DNA of 62,644 nucleotides, filler included, from Sphacelaria rigidula (Eukaryota), in the NCBI GenBank assembly GCA_964200075.2. It is 3 parts of 3 records of this genome, joined end to end, with 100 filler letters (N's around TTAATTAATTAA, not from the genome) between each part and the next. Parts side by side here need not be neighbours in the genome. Positions count along the whole stretch, not along the records: positions 1 to 20,849 come from CAXNAA020000488.1; 2 more parts are not named here. One strand, 5' to 3'. Each line of letters opens with the position of its first letter. Position 1 is the first letter of the stretch. This document shows positions 1 to 13,600 of the stretch, piece after piece. The notes under the pieces were generated by a model. It did no database searches. It was not told the origin of the DNA and saw nothing but the letters and a program-made list of their open reading frames with translations. The translations under genes were made by a program, and so were the position numbers.

Positions 1-61
1 TTTTTGTGTGACCTCCCCTTTACCCCCACGCCCCTCGCCGCGTGTTCGCCCGCGCGGGGGG

Positions 62-63
62 GT

Positions 64-99
<36 letters not shown>
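62..99. repeat. Poly-G tract
   Basis: ~36 consecutive G; similar tracts at 41039-41054 (C) and 41740-41760 (G). Confidence 0.9.
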
Positions 100-100
<1 letters not shown>

Positions 101-519
101 GCACATGCGTTTATGGTGTTCGTAATGTGGCGTCTCGCGCTGTGCCGGTTGTGCTTTCGCAGAGCTCAACGTGGGTTGCACGAACGGAAATGGGCAACGT
201 TGAAGTGGACAAGTGAGGGGAGGGGGACGTTCATCCACGACGCTACACAGGTGCAATACCCTGAGCTCGGCTTACGGTTGAAGAGCTGACAAGTAGCGAC
301 ACCAAAAACAACACTAGCATGAAAAACGTGATTTGGCCACTTGTATGTAGCAGGTCAGTGTGTACACCGTTCTCGGACTTGATTCAAGCCAACACCAACG
401 TGATACAAGGACGTGGAAAGGTGCAACACTCAGCAGGTCGCACCTGGTGATACCAGCAACGCACTTGAAACAACAGGGCGCCACTCAAAACCCGGCTGTG
501 CGCACCACATGCACCTCAC

Positions 520-761
520 CTGCAAAGTTGGTCCATGTGAGCAAGGTCAGCGGGCGGCAAAAGCTTCAATCGCCTCATGGTGGCAGTGGCCTTGGGTAGC
601 AAATCTTCCTGATAGTATCCCGACGTGGCCAACGCTAGGTGAAAGCCCTGTTGAGTGGAGAACTGTGAGATCGTGGTGCAGATGTCCCTCAGCATGTCCT
701 TGGGTCGGAAGTTATAGCTCTCCGGGTTATCCACTTTGATCTCCAGTCCCTTCGAACCGAT
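520..761 (-). CDS. UFD2: UFD2 exon (IGSKGLEIKVDNPESYNFRPKDML...)
   Basis: cag|ATC ... TGCAG|gtgagg; conserved KVxNPExYxFxPK motif. Confidence 0.92.
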
Positions 762-1638
762 CTGCGCGGGGTACGAACCGAACAACAGCCATGCCACAAC
801 GACGGTAGAAATTTGTCGACATGAATCTCTCAGCGTCGTGCATTCCACGCCCCTCGCTTCACAGTGGCGCATGTTTTCGAGCGAGGTGTGGCGGCGCATA
901 CCATTACGTGCGTACGTGATGTAATTATTTCAGTGTTCTCATAGAAACGTTTGCATAGCAAGAGTGAAACAAATACAACGGTGTCATCGTAGCTCACCGT
1001 GGCATGATTTCCCACGTATCGCGCTCATTCCCCGGCTAAATTTTCAACGTGCTGTCTGCCGATCTCTCAAGTGAAATTCAAACATATCACGGGTTGGAAC
1101 AAATTCAGCTCCTCGCGACTCACCAATTGCTTCAACACGCACAGCAGCATCTCTGCTAATCGAGGCAACAGCTCGTCCCTCAAGAAAGGTTTCTGGATAT
1201 CCGGGTCTGACGTGAGGTAGGCTACCATGTTGAGTGTCTCGTTGCAGAGGCTGAGGTTAGACTTAAGCCCCCGTTCGGTCTCTTGCAACCTGGGAACATA
1301 AAAGGTCAACGAAAGCAAACACATTAATAAAAAACGTGAAGAGCAACTGTATAGGCTCACGATATAAATAGCGCGGGCAAAATGACGAGGGGAAAGCTCA
1401 AGGCCACTACAGTAGTGGGCAGTCTAACTATTGTGGGGCGTTTGGGGGTTTTCCTCGCGTACTACTCTTCGATAGAACTCGAAATTGCTAGCGTCGGTAG
1501 ATATTGATACAATAAATCACACCCTGGACAATACAAGATGTTTTCAAGATATATTGGTCGATCATATTGGAACTTTGCGATATATTGCCGGCGTAATATA
1601 TATTGGTACCCTTGGACTGCACACGTATTGCGTGCCCA

Positions 1639-1670
<32 letters not shown>

Positions 1671-4600
1671 TGATGTCGTGGGACTGCATACATATTGCCC
1701 GCCCAATATATATATTGGTATCGTGGTATTGAACGCATATTGTCCCATCAATATATATTGGGGCAGTGTGGGCGACGGCATATTGCACGACCAATATATA
1801 TTAGGGTCGCATTGGTGAGGATATGTTGACCGGTCAAGATATATTGGATATTATAAGTATGGTGTACGCTTTGAGAAAGATCCAGACGCGATGGATGCCG
1901 GAGCCCGTGCAGATTGGGAAAAGCTTCAAAGGGAGCCGCAGAAGTCCGCGTGCATCGCTACGGAGAGCTGTCGAATGCGTTTGCTGTTGTCGGTGTCTTC
2001 ACATTAAAAACCGTTCCGATATCTGCGTGGTACAATTCGTACTGGGCATTTGATGCGGACGCCCATCGTGGTCCTCACATTACGGAGAGCTGTCGAATGC
2101 GTTTGATATATATATATATATACAATTTGTATATATATATATATACATATCGGCCAGAAAATATGGTGATGGAAGAGGCGATCCGGTATATATATGCCTT
2201 CTGATATCTATCTGGCCACCGGTGCAGGGCCGCCCATCCTTTTCACAGTGTATGTTTTTTTTATAATATATCTTGGCTAAACATCACGACGACAGAAAAC
2301 GCGGGTCGATATGCGCCTGTTGGTACCCCTGTAGTCACCGGTGCTGTGTTGCTTATACCCTGTGCAATACAATATGTTCCAATATGATACCAATACTTTG
2401 TAGTGGAGACAGCGCAAATATTGTCCTCTCAATATATGTTGTGTTGATATGTCCTCGGAGACATTGAAGCAACATATATTTCTCGTGTCATGATCGTGAA
2501 GTAACGCATGACAATATATATTGGACATGCATTTGCCCCGGGAACAAAACATCCAATATTCATATATATGTTCATGTATCATTTCACTTTTTTCACCACT
2601 TTAGCCGAGTTTCCTCAGGCGGCAAGGCATCTCATCACGCGCTTTCTTTTGCTGTGCCCGAAGGAGGTGCAGCGGTACAATACCTTTCAGGTTTGAGTGT
2701 CATCTGATAGCTGTGGCGCGTGTTCTGGCCATCGAAAGTCGCCCACACTGGCTCTTTTTCGCGGGGTGTCGATCCCGAACCACAAAGGCCTCATCATGGA
2801 AAACTTCGAACAGGAACCCGAACCACAAAAGCCTGTTCACAGCGGGGTATTTCTTTGCGTTCTCGTTGATTCGGGAGTAAGAAGACAGCGGTTGTGTAGC
2901 GAATGTCACCAGAACATGAAAGCAAAGCAGTTGAAAACAACTGAGCATTGCCTTCGCCTTAGTCACCAGCAAAACCAACACCGTGTAAGGAGCCGTTGGC
3001 GAGTTGAACAAGGCACACACGTGAGCAAACGTCCTCACTGTGGGTCAGCTATCCTCGACAAGCACAGGGGGGCGACGAAATCCCTGTGGTCATGCAACAC
3101 GTCACAGAGAATTCCCTAAAAGGATGCACCTGTGTGAAGTACCGGCGCAGGAATGTCCTTGTGACAGGGATGACAGATGTGTCTTTGTGACAAGGATGCA
3201 TCCCTGCACAACTACTTCACCGAGGGGGCTTGAAGAAATGTACGTGAACAATGGTTGGTGCTATGAAGATGCCACCAACCCTAACGCTAACTTTAGCACC
3301 AACATCGACCAAGGCATACCGCGAACTCTCGGGCAAGGGGGGTGCAGTTTCGTAGCGAAAGCGTGCGTTGCGAGAACTCAAGTCGACGCCTTTGAGCCGA
3401 TTTTGGACCAAAACACGTTCTGGACAACCTGGTTCTACTGCTCACCACTGCTCACCTGCCCCAAATCATGATTTTTCTCAGACCTTCGAGTACCAATCGT
3501 TGTTTGTGTACATTTCGTTAGGTCTACCAGTGTAGCACTACAGGCGAATGCATATATGCATGCGCAGATGCATAAACCTAGACATGTTGAGAGGCTGGAC
3601 GGCCGACGCGGTAGCAAACTGGCACCGGTGGTTCACCACTTTTGCCGAGTTTCCTCTGCCAGCAAGGCATTTTTCCCCACGCTTTCTTATGCAGCACACT
3701 GAAAAGGCATACGAAGTATATTTTATACTTTCAACTTGCGTCACCCCCGGGAGGCCCGTACCAACCTCCCGAAGGGGAACCTTGTATATATATTTATGTT
3801 GTGCATGCCGGCCTGTATGTATTGAAGTGTCCATATATATATATATATTGGGTCGAAGCGATGCCTAACATATTGTTACCATAATATATGTTGAACGCAA
3901 ACCATGCAAAAGTGTTGTTTTTCCAATATATATTGCGCACGCTCATCGCATAGCTATTGTGCAGTTAATATATATTGAACACGCTCGCAGAGGTATATCT
4001 TGAGCGTTTTCGGCATGTGGTGATACATTTTTCAATGGCGCCCGCGAAAATAGAATTGCCCACCGTACTAATTCCAATACATTCTCCAATCTACGTGTTG
4101 AAAATCAATATATATATATATATATATTGCTACACCATTATGTATTGTGACCGTCCGTTCCCTCGTGTATTGTCCGCCAATATATATTGGACGCATTGAC
4201 GCACGACATATTGGGGCGGCAATATATATTGGCGCTTCGGGTGTTGAGTATATTGAAACGTCAATATCTATTGACCTCGTGTGGCAGCCAATATATTAGT
4301 CGACAAATATATATATTAGTGACTTATCGCACCAACGTACTACTCGACCAATACATATCGAGGTGACGCGTGTCGTGATATATCGTTCGGTCTATATATA
4401 TATATATATATATATATATTACATGTCGCGAGCCTTGACATATTGATGGCACAAGATATATATATATATATATATATTGACTCTCTCTCGTGCCATCATA
4501 TTGCTCGCCCAATATATACTGACCACCCGACGCGTCGACATATTGCGCGGCAATATATGTTACATATTTTATTGTCCAGGGTGTGCAATAAATAGGTCAT

Positions 4601-7600
4601 CTTTGAAACACAGTGCCCAAGTCAGTGTTGGTTGGTGTTATCGGGCGATACAAGTAAATACCCCTTCATCAGGAGGGTATTATTGATCGTGAGACTCAAT
4701 TTTTCTGCTCTAGTGCAGTGAGAAGGTAGACTTTCAAAAACCAAATTGCACATTTCTTCACAAGTATGACCGGGACAGGCTCGATCGGCCAAAAATAACG
4801 AAGAGTAAAAATCTGGCCTGAAACGTGGCAGGACCCCCGATGACCGGTCAGCCCGTAAGTCACTCAATATTGAGTATAGATTATATTATTTTCTTGAAAT
4901 GTGGAGCAGATACAAATATCCTCAGATCCCCAGTGTGATAAGCGGTGGCGAGCGAAAAGAGTCGAAGAAAATTCGCCAATTACGAAAAAATCACAAAACC
5001 CCACAAAATGAATGGTTAGACCGCCCACTACTGTAGCGCACGACCCGTTTTCAGAGAGGCCAAGGTCGTCACAAAGGTTCGAGTCCTACACCCAAGCACG
5101 GTGAGATCTGAGCTTCGCGAAATCACCCCCACGCGATATCCACAGTCATTGCAGCCCTCTGTCCATGAGCAGACAACCAACATGAATCATGAGTTCGAGA
5201 TTCGTCGCTCCTCAAACCAAAGTGGCTGTCACTGCGAGAACAAGTATATTGTATCTATTTTCTATGCATCGCCCGCCGCCATACGAATATATTTTGTGTC
5301 TAGAAACGCCGGGCTTTCGTGTACATGCCAGACCTTTCCGTGACCTCGTTTCTCTCCGTCTCTGACATGGCCCCCCACTGTGCTGGGTCTCTCATCTGCA
5401 GCTGCACGGTCCTAACCTCGGGCAGCTTCTCCATGACCGAGGCTACCAGAGAGTTGCTCTCGTTCATCAGGCCGTTGGCAAACCGAACAAACTTGTTCAC
5501 ATCTTGAGAAATACGGCGGAACGTCGACCTGGCACATGGCACAAACCCGTGGGGGTATAGGGGGGCGAGGGGATTACCCCCATATTTACCTCATGGGGTA
5601 CATGATATTCCCAACACTGCGAAATACATCATTGCGGTGTGCTCATTAGATCAGAAAAAAAACTGAATCCTGGGTGAGTTATTACCATTAAACCTACTTG
5701 AGGTGGAGCATCATGCGGCACGCCTGGGTTCCACATGTTTTCTCCCACACCACTACCACAACTGACATCAAGATGTAGAAATGCAACCCCGGTGGCAACT
5801 ACAGGATTGATACATAAAACATAGGCACGATACCCTGCAGCTCGACAAAGGTACACATTAACGTCACAGTACAACAGCAGAATGCTGGCGTAGGCGATGT
5901 GGAAAGCACAAACTAACAATTGAACCAAACCACCAGTCAACTCAGCGCTGACTAGTGGTTCGGTGGTTGGTTTGTACTTCCGGCGACAGCTGAATGCGGA
6001 TTCATTCCCCAACCCGCGGAGCCGGAAGGCCTCCCGTCTTTCACCGGTTTTGATCTGCTCAATCCCTTGTTTCCCACATAACTCGATGAGGGGGTTAGCT
6101 TTCTTGCAATCCTGACACTGAGGGTGGTTCAGTGGACAATTTGGTGCTTGAGATAAGCGGTAGAGGCAAGGTTTGTAAAATAGCCAAATGGTTGGCTGAA
6201 GCAAAGACTTGCGACGAGCACCGTGTCACTGCAAGAGTGCCAAGACACACAGCCGGTGCAATCCTTTTCGTAGTGGCCGTTTGAGGTTTCTGCGGGATGC
6301 GGCATTCCACGAAAAATGCTCACAGACATTGGTATCTACTCCGGAAATTCCGAAGTACTTCACACCAACCACCGCGTACGCCTACGGCGAAACATCAGTA
6401 TTCAGAACAAAAAGCACATGCAGACCATCTCACATGGCCGGTGCGGACGCTGATCGACGCTGAATATTATTACTCACACAATCCGACGAGATGAAATACA
6501 TAGGCAGGAACCAAGGCCCTACTGATACCCCTAGCACCAGGGTGGTTAGGTTCATAATTGAGTGAAAACTGTCACGAGATACCCTCAAGACTAGATCAAC
6601 ACCAAAGATATTTCCACGAGACTCCCGAGATATTTTCAAGACTCACGAGATTGACAAATATGACAAAAAGAATCAGAAGACAAAGTACACAAAAAAAAAC
6701 ACAAGTCACCTGTGTTCCGGACTCCTCCAGAGGTATTTGAGAACAGCGGCAATGTAAAAGCGATGCCGGAGCTTGTCGTAAAACCTGGTGGACGACCAAT
6801 TGACACAGCAACAACAGCGACAAGAGTGGGTTTTTTTTTTTGGGATCGCTGCACGTGTCTACAGACTAGTAACACGCGCAAAATCTCTTACAACACTCCG
6901 CGACTCAGCGAGAATCTGGACATATGTAGACTGCGTGTGGATCACAGGTTTGAAGCCTTGATGAAATCGATCACACGTCCAGCGCGTCAGGCGGTTGGAA
7001 CACAAGCAGATGCTCTACCGGAACCAGTCGCTTACACATGTCGGATGCTCGGATGCCACCCGAAAAATGGCGAGCTTTACCCTTCAGTCGCGAAGGGGAT
7101 CAATTAGCGAAATGGACATGATTGGTGACATGATCCATCAATCGTCGATGGCGGCAAGCCATTTTTTGGCGGTCTTGGGATGAACGCTCATTTCGAGTGA
7201 AATCGCCGGCTACAGTAGACCCCGGGTACTTCTCATCCCGACCGTTTTCAGTTTTGTACCCACGTCCACGTGCTCTGCCTTCATTTCTCCAACGTCATAT
7301 CCGTTATTTCGTTCACAACCACAATCTGAAGACAGCAGTTCCCACTCAGCCGATATCATGCCTGTTGCCCAAGAGAAAATCCCACGTACATCACTTCGCT
7401 GACAGTCAAGCGCACTGCAAACATCACGTGCGATGCATGTCGCCGCTGTAAAATGGCAGTAGTGCCAACAACAGGCATGCGCCGCATCTTACCCAGTGTG
7501 CTCAACATCTCCGTACAGGAGAAGTAGCGAAGGCGCTAGGTGCTCCTGCGCCAGAGGATGGGTGTACAGCAGGCCCGTGTGTGCCTCCACGCCCAAATGG

Positions 7601-10600
7601 TTACCTGCGCAACCACATCACAAAATATAGTGATATCATCATCCCATGTGACCATCGCGTAGTCATATAAAAGGCGTGACGCATGGGAATCGAATCAAAC
7701 GAAGATTGGGGGGGTTCCATTTGACCAGAGTGAGTAATGCACGTTGTCGCGCCGTCGCGCCGTCGGGCCAAGGGGAGGGGCTGAGCTGGATCGCATAAAC
7801 GGGAGTGTTTGGTCAACTGGACTGCGGTACCAGGTCATCAGGCGAGCGGTGTAAAAGAAGCTCAGGCAAGCAAATCAATGCATGAGTGTTCAATGCCATT
7901 ACCATCACTTGATGTCATTAACATGGATATCATCACCATGACTATCGACAGTGCATGATTTAGAAGGCTCAATATAGCACAATAGAAAACGCTGACGAAG
8001 TCGAATCTATCGCGGGTCAGGGAAGTGCATCGAGATGAGGTTTACTCGGCATGAACTGCCCAGAGGAACACTGACGACACACCAATCGCTTACCGGGGTT
8101 GAAGTCCTCTGTGCGCTCTGAACGAGGCAAAAAGGCCGAGTAGAGCACGTCACCCAGCGACGCCCGCAGGTGGGGAGACTTCACCAATGAAGGGTGGGCT
8201 AAAAAGAAAACAACCTGAATTTCGACCGCGTAGATAGAAAATAATAAATAAACACAGAGAAAGACGTCTTTCAATTGTGACAAGACTTACACTACATGTA
8301 CACTCCACTACTCTTCTCTCCTAAAATTATGGCTGTGGATCCAAGAGGATTTCTTCCTCTGACATGGCTTCCTCTGACATGGGTTCACCACCTTCGACGG
8401 CGTTACATGGTGCTTTGACAAGTAAATGCATGTGCATGTCACGCAGAAGTGCATATGGTGCTAATACTAGTCTGAATTGCAAACAACGAAGCTGCGCAAT
8501 GTTAGCGTGTAAGCGTCTCGATTACGGGCCACGAGAAAAGAAGGGCCGGCAACCTCCAAAGAAGAAAATTTGAAGGGGTGTTACGAAAAAGCACGGGATA
8601 CCATTTGCTCACCAAGGTCATGAGTGGGTAGAGTTCCACTTTGGAGAGCGTGGATGGGTTGAACCTTGTTAGGAACAAGATCAGCTCGAGGATATCGTTC
8701 ATCAGATGCTCGGGGATCTGCCACACGGGGGAGTTCTGATCGGGGAGCAATGAAACAGCGACGGGGATCGGGGAAGAGGAGGGAGGGCCTGGATGTTCGT
8801 CCTGAAACGTTTTCAGGCATGGTCACGACGTCCCGCGCGTGCTAATCGACAATGCAAAAGCAAAACAAGGGGAAAAACAGAAGAACAGAACCAATCAACA
8901 CCATGAAAAAAAAGAGTAGCAAGGAAAGGGTGTGTAAACGAAGGGTCGATTGCCCGTCGCGTCCACGCAGAAACAAAATACAGCACTTGTTTTCCTGACG
9001 TGACCCAGACGTGATGGGGGCACGTCTCCTTCGCTTGTGTGTGTTTCAATGGCAAATTCTTGATCTCCTCTCACCTCAAACTTATCTCGAAAAATTGGCA
9101 AATTTCAGGACCCAGCGACAAAGTGCTGCACTGAGGCCGCTTCTCAAAGACTGAAATAAATCTCTGAAAACTACCCTTTTGAACCTTTCATCACGGATTA
9201 TTGACGAAATACGGGCCTTGGCGGATTTGGACTCCTCGGAAGGATTTGCTACATGTTTCACGAGGATTATAGCGCACTTTTCCGATTGTTTGTACGCCCA
9301 GTTTCACTCTTGACCGGATCCTGATTTTTTTCAGTCGCCCCCAAAATCATCCAGTTGTCGGGGGAAAGACCTACTTTCTCCCGACAATTCAAATTCGAAA
9401 AAATCAGGATCCGGTCAAGAGTGAAACTGGGCGTGCAAACAATCGGAAAAGTGCGCTAGAATCCTCGTGAAACATGTAGCAAGTCTTTCCGAGGAGACCA
9501 AATCCGCCAAGGCCCGTATTCCGTCAATAGTCCGTGATGAAAGGATCAAAAGGGCAGTTCTCAGAGATTCTTTTCAGTCTATAAGAATCGGCCTCAGAAT
9601 AAAAAGAGTTCTTGCAACATAACCCACCTCTGAAAGACCTCCGACGCCATTAGAGCCGCTCTCATGCTCCGACGAGTCTACTGGAACCCCCGCCTCTCGA
9701 GAGACGAACTCCGTAAGCCACGACCCCGCTCGTACCATAAACAGCAGGGTATCATACAGGACATCAGAATCCTGACATCGAGCATCATATTCATCAAAAG
9801 AAGAGGGTTAGAGCTAGAGAGAAGACCAGCGTTCCGGGAAAGCGTTGTTTTTGTCATAGCTCCGTCACATGAGGCAATGGGAGGGCACCAGCAGGTACGC
9901 GCACAGCACGTCCACTTTCCCGCTCTGCCAACAGCAACAAGACTTCCGGGAAATGTTGCACCGTAACAATGCCAGAGTTGGCAAGAACTCACCAAGATCA
10001 CTATCTCGGCCGCCAGCTTCTGCGTGACGAGAGAGTTGTATTGTTGCTCCACCATCGGGTTGGCATTAGGGCCCCCCATGTCCCCCATTGAGCGCTGGAC
10101 ATGCGCCAGATGTTGGTGAAGACGTTCATGCCTCCCCATCACCTGTGGTACGTCAACACAGCAATAAGCAATGCGTCATGACACTGAGGGGCGTTACCGC
10201 ATATCTCAAAACACACGGATCTCTCGAAGACCCGCGGATCAGTAGCCCTTGCAAAACCGCCGATCTCCGGTATGTTCACTAGAACCGTAGACTAGTTGTG
10301 AGTCATGGATGATGGATGAAGCACAGCCCGCCCGCCCACCCTCTCAGTTCATTTCACCCAACTTGACTTGACCCTCCCCGAAGCTCTGCTTGGAACTAGG
10401 ACTTTCTGGTATTTGCAAGCGAGGAGCACCGAAAGAAATAATCAAGCACTACAGTAAACGGTGAGAGTCTGAGCTTCCCGTTTTATCATCTATCGATCCC
10501 ACGATTCATTCACCTATCGCGTAAAGAGCTATCGGGGATGTATTGAAAGGAACCCTTGGCGAACTCTCAGAAAAAAACCTGTGCAAAGCTTTCCCTCCCA

Positions 10601-13600
10601 CGATTGGCTGTGTAAACTCATCATATAATGTCGACCTCGACCCGTGTCTTCTTTGCCAAAGCTTATTTACTTCGTGATCGTTTTTCGTGCGACTGCTCAT
10701 GTAGCTGCCTTCTGAGGTTCCGTCTGTTGCCCACAGCTGTGCAACCTCAAGTTTGTCTTTTCGAATCATTTTATTCCCGTTTTCAGCTCATTCACGTGTA
10801 GCTATTTTAGTGTCCGTACACAAGTACACGGTAGTAAATAGTATCTTGCCCTGTCTGCACATCCAGTCAATGAATGCGAGAGTCCTACCACCCTCCGCTT
10901 TTCCTGGTGGATCCATCGATGTGAGCTGCCATAATTGCCGCTTCACGCTGTTGACCGGGCTACTCACTGCGCTGCCACGATATTGTGCTAGTGTGCCGTG
11001 CCGCGCTGTCCCTCGCTTTCCTCGAAATACACACGATCGCGCCGGGTTACACCTGCTGTCGCTCTCGCCTCCGTGATTGCTTGTGCTTGTACGCCCCACA
11101 TATCCTTTTGGTGCTATTACGGGCGGCAGACATCCCATCCCATCATTCTCAGCTTGTGAAATTGTTAGCTCCTACGGCGGATTGGGTTGAGGAGCACTTG
11201 TATGGACTTTTAGAATGGTGTAAACCATATCAGCGTTCGTTCGTTCGTTTATTCGTCTATATTGGCTTCAGTATACCTCGGCCATTGTGAAACACATAGG
11301 CTTCACAGTAAGGATGCCGCCGTTGGATACACGGACGTTTGATGGAGGAGGATTCATCTCTCCTCGAGCTGCACCATGAGCTTACCGCAAACGAAAAGCA
11401 ATACCGCTGCCGCCGACAGCGCCGTTGTTGACGAAACATCTGTAGTCTTTAGTGTGCACGTGGATGGCAAGCGTGCTGTGCCAGCATCTACCGAAACCCG
11501 TCAGTCAGCTCAGATGAAAGGGCTTTGCCTTTGTAAAGGACAAAGGGATCGTTTCGGCTGCTGCTTCGACGGCGACCATCGCCTCGTGTGCAGTGAGGAG
11601 TCTTCACAGGTGCGACGCACTGAACGGGTAGACAAAATATGACGTTTTTCTAGAGACCGATAACCACGATTGGCTTCTGAACAAACGGCCCGCTGCTTCA
11701 ATTCCCTCGTTTGTTTTCGGACACACTCGACTTTGCACAAATTCTTGGATACAACCTCTTGTGTTCTCACTACACAACCAACCATGCCGCAACTGTATCT
11801 TGCTTCTGTTTACCCCGCTTACGTACTCCTGACGAGCGGGCTGTACATCTAACGGAACATGGTCATCGAAGTCGACGGGGGTGAGGTTGCCGTCGCCGAT
11901 GGTGTACGCAGCGCGCAGCAGGGTGGCAGCGTGTTTGGGATGACGAGCTTATAGCTTATACTATCCGGGGCCTTCGGCCCAGTAGAGGTTCTCCATATTG
12001 AGCTTCGTTAGTCTCCGTCGGTTATTTCATCGCCCTCATCCGCAAAGGGGGTAGAGATACCAGTGACTGGTAAGGCCCCATGCGGCCGGTGAGCATCGAA
12101 GAGCGTGGTGGGCAGAATGCAGTCGAGGGTGGCGCGAAGGGGAACGGCGGCGCAGTTACCGTCGCGTCGTATCGCGGAGTCGTAAGCGGGGCGTCTTCCC
12201 GCCGTGGCGGGGGCGACGCGGGATTCGCCGCAAACGTGTATCGTTCCGCTTTTCGGGGAATACGGAGCGGCGAGGTAGCAATGGGCGCTGGCGCCGCGGA
12301 TGTGACTGCAGCCAGCAGCTCAGCGACTGCGCGTGCTGATCAAGCGGAACGGTCGGGGTACAGTGGGTCGCGGGTGAACCGATCAGTCTTGACGGCGTCG
12401 AGACGAGCCGTGGGTTCGGCCTCCGCCGCAAGGTGTGGGTCACGGCAGGCTTCATTGTACGTGAGCATAGCTTGATGGTGCTTGACGGCAGCCTTCGAAT
12501 CCCGGACCGTCTACCCTGCACAGCACAGGTGCGGAAAGCCGAAGTTTCATGCACAATCTCAAGCATCCTAGGCTCATCAGCAACATGTTCGCGAACCAAG
12601 CGGCGGGCGATCTCGTCGGCGGTGCACCGACAGTTGTTGCACTGCTGTTCGAAAACATGGCAGTGGGCGGCACACCTGGCGATTGATCCACTCTTCTTGT
12701 TCGCCTCGGGTAAAGGCAACCAACATGTCCCAACATGCCCCACAGAAAACCAAGGAAGGCGTGTTCCCGACCGGCTCGCGAGTGGTTGTCGACCGGGAGG
12801 GCTTGGGGCGCCGTGGTGCCAGCCGGCCCCTCGGTCTCGGCGTCATCCTCGTTTCCAAGCTCGGGAGTTTTTCCCTGTCCAACTTTTGCTGAGTCAAGAC
12901 GTCTACGCCGGGTTTTTTTTTCCATTCCTCCTCCCGTGCGCTTCTTTCCCATGGTTCACGCTGGAGCCTGTTGATTCCCGCTTCTTTTGATTCGGCTAGG
13001 TCTCCTGATTTTGTCCAACACGCGCTCCACGCGTGGGCCTCGATTTCGCTTTGTCAGTCCTGGTTCGATATTACAACAGATCGAAGCGACGCTCCCCTGT
13101 TGCACCTCAGACGGTTTGCCTTTTTCAGTAGCCTTGGATTTTTGTTAGCGGGTAGAAGCAATGCTCCTCCACCAATATATGGGAGGAACGGGCTTTACCC
13201 TACCGATTTAATTCCTTGTATTTCTAGCTTCCTGGAAGGTACTTTCTTCACGTATAGGGAAGAAACCTAGTTGCACCAGGTAATAAACCTCGGTGCGAAG
13301 GCCACCCATCTCTTGTATCAGTCGGGGTGCGCCCGTTGTGCACGGTGGGTATGCAACAAAAGTTGAGGCAGTCTCGAACGCCTCGAGGACCAATCCATAA
13401 GAAACCCACTTTCAAATATTGTACTCACATTTAATACATTTAACCACAGACGTCAAGAGCCACAAAAATCGCTGTGGGCACGCAGACGTATGCGCTGTGC
13501 TGTGTGTGCTGTGGCGTACTGCCTGCAGGCTGCAAACAGTGTGCACTGCTGGAGTGTTTCCGAAACTTCAGGCGGAATGCGGGGATGGCTAGTACTAGTG

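Noticed and set aside
4-289. Gly/Pro-rich ORFs
   Set aside because: Artefacts of the intronic poly-G tract
255-290. LFNRKP as the UFD2 U-box exon
   Set aside because: No DPI..LM.DPV.LP context and the phase is wrong; the U-box exon is probably left of the window
1462-2204. YIYIYI-containing ORFs
   Set aside because: Translations of (TA)n microsatellites within the transposon
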